A stretch of DNA of 34,460 nucleotides from the NCBI GenBank assembly GCA_041492755.1, contig JBGPXN010000034.1, positions 1-34,460 on the forward strand. Reading direction: 5' to 3'. Source of the stretch: Candidatus Methylomirabilia bacterium (lineage in GTDB: Bacteria; Methylomirabilota; Methylomirabilia; Rokubacteriales; CSP1-6). Positions 27,871-34,460 of the stretch are shown here, piece by piece; the stretch's first letter is position 1; every line of letters begins with the position of its first letter. The position numbers were made by a program, and so were the translations under genes. The notes beneath the pieces were generated by a model. The model had not been told where the DNA came from. It was given only the letters and a program-made list of their open reading frames with translations, and searched no databases.

Positions 27871-30156
27871 GTGGTGGGGGCAGTCCTGGTCGAGATGATC
27901 GGCGCGCTCGACGACGAGATCGCCGTGGCCCGCACCGATCCCTCGCGCGCCTTCGACGTCGCCAACGGCCACCACCTCTCCGGGCGGGACGACCAGCATC
28001 TCTACGCCTTCCGCGGCGAGGTCGTGCTCCCGATCCAGCCCGAGACGCCCCTCCGCGTCGAGCTCCCGAGCGGCGAGGAGTTCGCGGGGCTGCTGGTCGC
28101 CCAGCGCGACTTCGAGATCGTCCTCGAGCTGCGCGAGAACGTCGGCGACTGGATCGAGCGGGCCCGCGTGTCGTCGGAGCCGTGGTTCATCCTGGCCAGT
28201 CTGCGCGATCGGCTCACGACCGCGCTCGGTCGCGAGGCCGAAAATCTGGAGCTGGCGATGGCGTTGCTCGGCGGCGCCGAGGTCGAGACCGGCGCCGATC
28301 CGGCGGCCGGCGACGGCGCGCCGGTGTGGGGCCGTCCGCCGAACCCGTCGCAGCGCGCGGCGATCGAGCGCTGCGCCGGCAGCCGTCTGCACTTCGTGTG
28401 GGGACCGCCGGGCACCGGCAAGACCCTGACTCTGGCACGTGTGGTCCGGGCGCTGGTGGAGCGGGGCGAGCGCGTCCTCGTGCTCGGCCACGCCAATGCG
28501 GCCGTGGACGTCGCGATGGTGCACGTCGCCGACGCGCTCGCCGGCCGTCCCGAGCTGGCCGCCGGCCGCGTGCTCAGGATTGGCCAGCCCCAGCTCGTGG
28601 AGCTGCTGGCGCGTCCCGACGTGCTGCCCGAGAACCTGCTGGCCCGGAAGCAGGCAGGCGCGGTCGTGCGCCGGGGTGAGCTCGACACCCAGCGGCGCGA
28701 GCTGGCGCGCCGCCTGCAGGCCACTCGGGGCTCAGCGGACCGGGAGCGCCTGGCCCACGAGCTGGACGCGGTGCGCGGGGCGCTGGCGGGGATCGGCGAG
28801 ACGCTCCGTCACGCCGTGGAGATTCTTGTGCGCGATGCGTGCGTGGTGGGGGCGACGCTGTCGCGGATGGCGATCGACGACACGGTCTGGCGCTGGCCCG
28901 CCGACACGATCGTGATCGACGAGACGAGCATGGCGACCTTTCCCTTCGTGCTCGCCGCGGCGCTGCGGGCCAACCGCCGGCTGCTGCTCTTCGGCGACTT
29001 CCGCCAGCTTCCGCCGATCGCGCTGGCGACGACCGAGCGCGCCCGCCGCTGGCTCGTCCGCGACGCGTTCGAAGTCGCCGGCGTCCGCCAGCGCGTGGAT
29101 GAAGGCGAGCCAGACGCGCGGCTCAGCCTCCTCGACACGCAGTACCGGATGGCCGCGCCGATCGCGGACGTCGTCAGCGAGTTCGCGTACGGCGGCCGGC
29201 TCAGCAGCGCCGGCGTCGGTGGCGCCGAGACGCTCGCCGACCTCGGGCCGTGGCCGGGCGCCGCCGTCGTCCTGGTCGACACGAGCGGTGTCGGCGCCGC
29301 GTGCGTGAGGGAGGCGCGTCCCGGCGGGTGGTCGCGGGCCAACCCGGTTCACGCGATGCTGGCGCTCGGCCTCGCCACGCGCGCGGTGCGGGAGGGCTGC
29401 GGCAGCCTCGCCCTCGTCACGCCGTACCGCGCCCAGGCCCGTCTGCTCGCCGCGGGATCAGCCGCGCTCGCCGCCACGATCCCCCTGACGGCCGCGACCG
29501 TGCATCGCTTGCAGGGCTCCGAGCACGACGTGGTGATCTTCGATCTCGTCGATGGACCGCCCCAGAGAGGCGCCAGCCAGCTGACCGGCGCCGACCCGCT
29601 TTCGGCGTTCCGTTTGCTCAACGTCGCCCTCTCGCGGGCGCGCGGCAAACTGCTCGTGCTCGCCGACGTGGCCTTCGTGGAGGCTCGTCACGCCGCCCGG
29701 TCTCCGGCACGGACGCTGCTGCGGCTGCTCGGCACGCACGGCCGTGTGGAGCACCTCGACGCCGCCCGCGTGAGCAAGGAGGCCGGGGGCGGGGGAATGG
29801 CCTGGTACGACGGCTTCGATGCGGCGGTGACGGATCTCGCGCGCGATCTCGATCGCGCCCGTCGCGAGGTCATCGTCAACGTGCCCGAGGCGTCCGCCGC
29901 GCTTGGTGAGGCGCTGGCGGCGCTGGGGAGGCCGGCGAGCCTTGGCGCTCGCGTGAGAGCGGGCGTCCCGAAGGCACTCGCGGGCGCCTTCGCGGATGCG
30001 CGCGTCGAGGTGAGGGACGCCGGGCCGGGAGGCCTGTTCGCGTTCGTGGACGCCCAGGTCGCATGGGTCGGAGGGCTCGGTCCCGGCGGCGCCGTGGTCC
30101 GCGTCGAGGATCCTCGAGTGGCGGTCGCCCTGCAGCGGATCCTGATCCCGGCGTGA
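27871..30156 (+). CDS. SF1 helicase, UPF1/DNA2/NAM7-like (AAA_11/AAA_12), with degenerate PLD-like C-terminus; start uncertain (about 27800-27895)
   Basis: GPPGTGKT, IDETSM, GDFRQLPP, QYRM, TPYRAQ, TVHRLQGSE, NVALSRAR. Confidence 0.85.
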   Translation: MVGAVLVEMIGALDDEIAVARTDPSRAFDVANGHHLSGRDDQHLYAFRGEVVLPIQPETPLRVELPSGEEFAGLLVAQRDFEIVLELRENVGDWIERARVSSEPWFILASLRDRLTTALGREAENLELAMALLGGAEVETGADPAAGDGAPVWGRPPNPSQRAAIERCAGSRLHFVWGPPGTGKTLTLARVVRALVERGERVLVLGHANAAVDVAMVHVADALAGRPELAAGRVLRIGQPQLVELLARPDVLPENLLARKQAGAVVRRGELDTQRRELARRLQATRGSADRERLAHELDAVRGALAGIGETLRHAVEILVRDACVVGATLSRMAIDDTVWRWPADTIVIDETSMATFPFVLAAALRANRRLLLFGDFRQLPPIALATTERARRWLVRDAFEVAGVRQRVDEGEPDARLSLLDTQYRMAAPIADVVSEFAYGGRLSSAGVGGAETLADLGPWPGAAVVLVDTSGVGAACVREARPGGWSRANPVHAMLALGLATRAVREGCGSLALVTPYRAQARLLAAGSAALAATIPLTAATVHRLQGSEHDVVIFDLVDGPPQRGASQLTGADPLSAFRLLNVALSRARGKLLVLADVAFVEARHAARSPARTLLRLLGTHGRVEHLDAARVSKEAGGGGMAWYDGFDAAVTDLARDLDRARREVIVNVPEASAALGEALAALGRPASLGARVRAGVPKALAGAFADARVEVRDAGPGGLFAFVDAQVAWVGGLGPGGAVVRVEDPRVAVALQRILIPA

Positions 30157-30211
30157 ATGAAACGCGACTCATTTACTACAACCTTGGTCCTTCAAGGGAT
30201 CTAGGCGGGGC

Positions 30212-30562
30212 TCAACCCAGCGGGACGAAGATCGAGACGCGGGGCTCCGGACCGACCTCGCGCGTCGCGTGGCCCTGACCGGTCAGATCCTCGGCGATCA
30301 GGACGTCGCCGGGGCCGAGCCGCCGCACGGTGCCGTCGCCGATCTCGATGTCGACGGCGCCGGACAGCGTGAACACCGCGTACCGGCCCGGCGCGTGGTG
30401 CCACGGGTTGGAGCGGGTCGGCTCGAAGCGGCGGATGACGATGCCGCTGCCCGGTATCAGCTCCCCGCTCTCGGACTGGTCACCGCGCGGCTCGAAACGC
30501 GGCTCGATCTCCTCGAAGTGTGACTTGCCGTCGGAACCCGTATGGATGCGGATGATGGCCAT
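30212..30562 (-). CDS. small cupin-fold protein
   Basis: TGSDGKSHFE, WHHAP, LSG.V.I...DG, GPGDV..AEDLTGQGH; ATG 30562 after GGAGG. Confidence 0.85.
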   Translation of the reverse strand: MAIIRIHTGSDGKSHFEEIEPRFEPRGDQSESGELIPGSGIVIRRFEPTRSNPWHHAPGRYAVFTLSGAVDIEIGDGTVRRLGPGDVLIAEDLTGQGHATREVGPEPRVSIFVPLG

Positions 30563-30627
30563 GTGACCTCCGTGTTCGGCGGAGCAGCTCGGGGATGACG
30601 TCGCTCCGGGGGGGGGGATGTTGCCAT

Positions 30628-30864
30628 TTACCATGGTTGTCGCGCGCGCACGATCCAGATCGTCCCCGCGACGACGGCCGCCGGCAGCCAGATGCACACC
30701 AGCTCGCTGGCCAGGACGTGCAGGCCCCACTCGGAGAAGAAGTCGAGGCCGAGCGGGGCCACCGCGCCGGGGCGCCAGGGGAAGAAGTGGCGACGGGTGT
30801 CGACCGGCGCGAAGAACGCCACGCCCAGGCCACCGTCGGTGAAGGCGTCCAGGATGCCGTGCGA
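30628..30864 (-). pseudogene. 3' part of disrupted YdjM-like (DUF457) membrane metal-dependent hydrolase
   Basis: SHGILDAFTDGGLGVAFFAP...R.FFPWRP...SEL..IWLP; begins at the element junction. Confidence 0.85.
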
Positions 30865-30933
30865 CGGGTAGTGTCTCAGTTTGACTGACCGGGGCTCGAT
30901 GCCCGGCCCGCCCCCCCGTACGATACTCCGGCC

Positions 30934-31161
30934 ATGGCGAAGCGTCCGAAGCGCCCCCGTGACCCGATGCAGCTGGCCAAGCTCATCGGCGACATCGCGA
31001 CTGGCCAGGCGCCCGATGACTCGCCCCGAGGTTCGGACACACCAGCGACCGAAGCTCGCCGTAAGGGCGGGCTGAAGGGCGGGAAGGAGCGGGCGAAGAA
31101 GCTATCAGCTAGGAAGCGGAAGGCGATCGCCAAGAAGGCGGCGCGGGCGAGGTGGCGCTAA
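30934..31161 (+). CDS. small basic KGG-motif protein
   Basis: RPRDPMQLAKLIGDIATG...RKGGLKGGKERA.KLS..KRKAIAKKAARARW. Confidence 0.85.
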   Translation: MAKRPKRPRDPMQLAKLIGDIATGQAPDDSPRGSDTPATEARRKGGLKGGKERAKKLSARKRKAIAKKAARARWR

Positions 31162-31442
31162 GCGGTGGTAGCTATCCAGCCCTTGTTCTTGAGGATCTGA
31201 ACATATTCCGGCAAGTCGAGAGGACACGCGATCAGCCGATCAAACTCACCTTGGCTTAACTTCATTTGCTGCCTAAGGAAGTGTGGAATCTTGCCTTCAA
31301 TCGGCCCACTGCCATGGGATCTCTTTGTGGTCAAAATCAGCGTGCCCTGATAGTAGAATCTAGCAATCCGGTCGCCCTCGTTACGGACGACCATTTCGAG
31401 CTTCTTCCAGGCCCGTTCGACCTCGTGAACGTGCAGCGACAA
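31158..31442 (-). CDS. HicA-like putative mRNA interferase toxin
   Basis: 94 aa; helix, three beta strands with T.RSHG (candidate catalytic His), then RQQMKLS..EF helix; lies directly downstream of the HicB-like gene. Confidence 0.6.
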   Translation of the reverse strand: MSLHVHEVERAWKKLEMVVRNEGDRIARFYYQGTLILTTKRSHGSGPIEGKIPHFLRQQMKLSQGEFDRLIACPLDLPEYVQILKNKGWIATTA

Positions 31443-31447
31443 CCCGA

Positions 31448-31867
31448 CTAGATTTCCCTTATCACCTTCTTGAGGTAGTCGAGTTGCCGTTGCGGTAGGG
31501 GGCCCAGTCGCGGCTCATCCTTGAGCGCGAAATACAACTCAACGACGGTCGCGCGCAAATCGTCGAGTGCGCTGAACTCATCGTCTCCGACCCCGAACTG
31601 CTCAAGGTCGTAGCAGCATGCGGTCGCCTGACCTTCTGAAGATTCTACCGACACCGGGATGGGCGCGATGACGGTCACGCGCCGGTCACCTAGCTCTCTA
31701 ATAAAGACGGTACGCTGCTGGCGGCTATCGACGAGAAGGTATGGCCACCGCAGCTTGAACTGGCCGTAGCTCGGGATATCAAGTCGTGGCGCTGCTTCGA
31801 CTGGTTCGGCCTCTTCAAACTCGATGAAGACTACTCCGCCGCCTGAGTGCCAAGAAAGAGAGTTCAT
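31448..31867 (-). CDS. HicB-like putative antitoxin with N-terminal extension
   Basis: Acidic; V.VE......A...DL..FGVGD....AL.DL...V.E.Y matches the HicB partial RNase H fold; no C-terminal DNA-binding domain. Confidence 0.6.
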   Translation of the reverse strand: MNSLSWHSGGGVVFIEFEEAEPVEAAPRLDIPSYGQFKLRWPYLLVDSRQQRTVFIRELGDRRVTVIAPIPVSVESSEGQATACCYDLEQFGVGDDEFSALDDLRATVVELYFALKDEPRLGPLPQRQLDYLKKVIREI

Positions 31868-32118
31868 TTCTGTGGTCTCTTTAATTCCTCTGGGGGCTGA
31901 ATGTTGATGATTCCATTACTCTTGAGCACGTAAACTGGATTTCCCTCGTTATCGTATTCGTCAATTACTCGCCAAACTTCGGACAGCACGACCTTCTGTT
32001 TCATCGTTGTGCCGTCCGCCAGCAAGTAGGTGCTCCACGGCTCGCTTGAACTGGTCACGTCGACCAACTCGGCCTCTTTCGGGGGCTCATTGGGCCTGAC
32101 CGGGATTTTCTTTCTCAT
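31864..32118 (-). CDS. small beta-rich hypothetical protein, first gene of the passenger operon
   Basis: EPWSTYLLADGT...DNEGNPVY; ATG 32118 after GAGGG (upstream ATG at 32184 possible); ATGA overlap with the next gene. Confidence 0.75.
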   Translation of the reverse strand: MRKKIPVRPNEPPKEAELVDVTSSSEPWSTYLLADGTTMKQKVVLSEVWRVIDEYDNEGNPVYVLKSNGIINIQPPEELKRPQK

Positions 32119-32198
32119 GCCAGCCCTCACTTTATCCTGCTGGCAGAGGCCGCGACCGGAAGGTGCGATGTAAGTATCTGTCATTCCTTACTTTTGAA

Positions 32199-32223
32199 CC
32201 CTGATGACTGCATGTCATCAGGG
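32199..32223. repeat. perfect 10-bp inverted repeat at the element's right end
   Basis: CCCTGATGAC-tgcat-GTCATCAGGG. Confidence 0.85.
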
Positions 32224-32234
32224 TAGCATGTCAA

Positions 32235-32372
32235 CACGCCGAGCGCCATGACGAACACGTCGAGGTCCGGCACCACGGGCAGCGCGGCGGAAGCAGCCCA
32301 GAACGGCGCCGGCGGCGGAGCGGCCCACGCGAGGGCCAGACCGACGGCGGCGTGAGTGAAGACGGTCGGCAC
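32235..32372 (-). pseudogene. 5' part of disrupted YdjM-like hydrolase
   Basis: MPTVFTHAAV...LPVVPDLDV motifs, then an abrupt transition to element sequence. Confidence 0.85.
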
Positions 32373-32394
32373 GACGACGGCCTGCTGGCGTGGG

Positions 32395-32916
32395 CTACGC
32401 CGGACGCGCTCCGGCGATGTCGCGCGCGTGGCCGAGGACGTGGTCGACCGCGACCCGGTAGAACACGAGGGCCAGCGGCCCCGTCACGCCACCGGCCGAG
32501 CGAATGCGGCGCGTGAACAGTGATTCCTCCGCGGCTTCCACCGCCCGGATCGTCGCGGCGCGATTCTGCTCGAACTCGCTCGCCAGCTCATCGACCGAGT
32601 GGTGCGCGCGCTTGGCCACCTGCCGATCGTTGTATGCGTCGTTTCCGCCGCGCATCGTGCAGGTGGCCTCGGCGCCTGGCGTCGATGTCGCGGTGTCCGC
32701 AGCCGGCGCGTCGCGCGCGATGTCGATGAGCCGCGGGTAGGTCCACTCGATCGACGCCAGGTGAGCGAGGATCTGGCGCCCGTTCCACCCGTTCTCGTAG
32801 CGACCTTCTTCCAGCCGCTCGAGCGGTAGCCCGCGGACGATGGCGAGAACCTCGTCGCGGCTGGCCCGAAGCGCCTCCAGCAGCGCCGCCTTCGACGGGA
32901 TGCGCTCGTCTCTCAT
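32395..32916 (-). CDS. DinB/YfiT-like protein
   Basis: GWNGRQILAHLASIE, N..QV..R, H...H near the C-terminus. Confidence 0.85.
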   Translation of the reverse strand: MRDERIPSKAALLEALRASRDEVLAIVRGLPLERLEEGRYENGWNGRQILAHLASIEWTYPRLIDIARDAPAADTATSTPGAEATCTMRGGNDAYNDRQVAKRAHHSVDELASEFEQNRAATIRAVEAAEESLFTRRIRSAGGVTGPLALVFYRVAVDHVLGHARDIAGARPA

Positions 32917-33077
32917 GGCGCTCGCATGATACGACGCGCGGCGGCCGTGCCGCCACGGCGGCTCGTGGTGACACCCGCCGTCACCGACGCGTTGTCACCC
33001 CCCGGGGCCGCTGGCGTAACTCCGCGTCGGTTCTGACCTCGCCAGCGTGGCATGGCCGCTGCACTCCGTGTCGCCTC

Positions 33078-34415
33078 ATGCGAATGGGGAGGCTTCTCCT
33101 GGCCACGCTCACGGTCCTGGGCGCCGCCGGCACCGCGGAGGCGGCCCCGCTGCGTACGCTGTACGTCGCGACGACCGGGAACGATAGCGCCGATGGCTCG
33201 TCGGCGACGCCATGGCTCACGCTGCAGCGTGCGGCCAACGCCGCGCGGGCCGGCGATCTCATCGTCGTGCGCCCCGGTCATTACGCGGGATTCAACCTGA
33301 CGACGAGTGGGACCACCGCGGCGCCCATCGTCTTCAGCGCGGAGCCCGGGGTCGTGATCGACACCCCCAATCCGGTGCGACCGACGGAGGGTATCAACCT
33401 CGAGGGCGCGAGCTGGGTGGTGATCGAGGGATTCACGGTGATCGGGATGCCGCGGACGGGGATCCGCTCGGTCACCAACGCCCACGTCACCATCCGACGC
33501 AACACGGGCGACGGCAACGGGCGCTGGGGCATCCTCACCGGCTTCAGCGACGATCTGCTCATCGAGGACAACGTGATGTCGCGCTCGGTCGCCGAGCACG
33601 GTATTTACGTGGGCAACAGCGGCGACCGCCCGGTCATCCGGCGCAACCACGTCTGGGGCAACTCCGGCAACGGCATCCACATGAACGGCGACCTGAGCCA
33701 GGGCGGTGATGGGATCATCTCGGGGGCCGTCGTCGAGGCCAACGTCATCCACGGCAACGGCCGGACCGGCGGCTCCGGCATCAACGGCGACGGCGTGCAG
33801 AGCTCGCGGATCGTCAACAACGTCCTCTACGACAACCACGCCAGCGGCATCTCGCTCTACCGCATCGACGGCGCCGAGGGCGCGCGCGACAACTTCGTTG
33901 CCCACAACACGATCGTGCAAGCCGCCGACGGCCGCTGGGCGATCAACGTCCAGAACGCCAGCACCGGCAACCGGGTGGTGGACAATATTCTCCTCACGCT
34001 GCACGCGTTTCGCGGGGCCATCGCCATCTCGCCGGACAGTCTTCCCGGCTTCGTGAGCGACGCCAATGCGGTGACGCCACGCTTCACGCTCGACGGCGGC
34101 GACTCCGTGCTCGACCTCGCCGCCTGGCGCCAGGCCACCGGGCAGGACCCGCACTCGTTCACGGAAACGCCCGCCGCGCTCTTCGTCGACGTGGCGGCCG
34201 GCGACTACCACCTGCGCGCGGACGCGGCCGCGCGCGATGCCGCGCTGGTGCCGACCGACGTGACCACCGACTTCGAAGGCACGGCGCGGCCGGTGGGCCT
34301 GGCCGCTGACGTCGGCGCAGACGAGATCGGGCCGCCGGCGTCGCTACCGCCGGCTCCGCCGGTCAACCTCATCGTCGGGACGGCGGTGTCGAGCCCGGCG
34401 GCCCGCGTCTTTTGA
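33078..34415 (+). CDS. secreted right-handed parallel beta-helix protein (pectin lyase-like fold)
   Basis: Signal peptide ending in AEA; YVA.TGND...GS...PW.T.Q.A; repeated I..N....N..GI units; GDYHL and D.GADE tail. Confidence 0.88.
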   Translation: MRMGRLLLATLTVLGAAGTAEAAPLRTLYVATTGNDSADGSSATPWLTLQRAANAARAGDLIVVRPGHYAGFNLTTSGTTAAPIVFSAEPGVVIDTPNPVRPTEGINLEGASWVVIEGFTVIGMPRTGIRSVTNAHVTIRRNTGDGNGRWGILTGFSDDLLIEDNVMSRSVAEHGIYVGNSGDRPVIRRNHVWGNSGNGIHMNGDLSQGGDGIISGAVVEANVIHGNGRTGGSGINGDGVQSSRIVNNVLYDNHASGISLYRIDGAEGARDNFVAHNTIVQAADGRWAINVQNASTGNRVVDNILLTLHAFRGAIAISPDSLPGFVSDANAVTPRFTLDGGDSVLDLAAWRQATGQDPHSFTETPAALFVDVAAGDYHLRADAAARDAALVPTDVTTDFEGTARPVGLAADVGADEIGPPASLPPAPPVNLIVGTAVSSPAARVF

Positions 34416-34460
34416 AGCTCCATTGAGACTTTTCACGGGGAGCTCTATGCGATGTCTACG

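Larger units (their letters stand above)
30866..32234. mobile_element. non-autonomous low-GC insertion with passenger genes
   Basis: Interrupts the YdjM-like gene; GGGTAG at 30866-30871 and 32221-32226; GC drops (24/60 G+C at 31861-31920); no transposase or integrase ORF inside. Confidence 0.8.

Noticed and set aside
30607..30617. Poly-G tract as a phase-variation site
   Set aside because: Lies between the pseudogene stop and the cupin RBS, with no supportable promoter context
30876..31133. 85-aa minus-strand ORF ending QSN* at the element end, considered as a transposase remnant
   Set aside because: Antisense to the KGG gene and has no DDE motifs; at most the last few codons could be a transposase tail

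Overview
High-GC bacterial window with about 25 credible genes, mostly metabolic: a MetE-like protein, a 2-hydroxyacid dehydrogenase, an alpha/beta hydrolase, an orphan molybdo-hydroxylase large subunit, an MFS transporter, a CMD-family protein, two amidohydrolases, a VOC protein, a family III CoA-transferase, an ABC family-5 binding protein, a DinB protein and a secreted beta-helix protein. It also holds a six-GAF histidine kinase, a multi-TM patatin/cPLA2-like protein, an S8 protease and an SF1 helicase. The gene repertoire resembles Candidatus Rokubacteria/Methylomirabilota (inference only). Most notable: (1) a ~1.37 kb low-GC, transposase-less insertion splits a YdjM-like gene and carries a coupled [unknown]-HicB-like-HicA-like cassette plus a basic KGG protein; (2) a free-standing paralogue of the S8 prodomain lies divergent from its protease; (3) a small coiled-coil gene is duplicated with a conserved, apparently leaderless promoter, and each copy has its own frameshift; (4) a hidden ACG-start partner ORF follows a nucleotidyltransferase; (5) several gene relics are present. 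No rRNA, tRNA or CRISPR array was recognised. All family calls come from motif recognition by eye, not from database searches.
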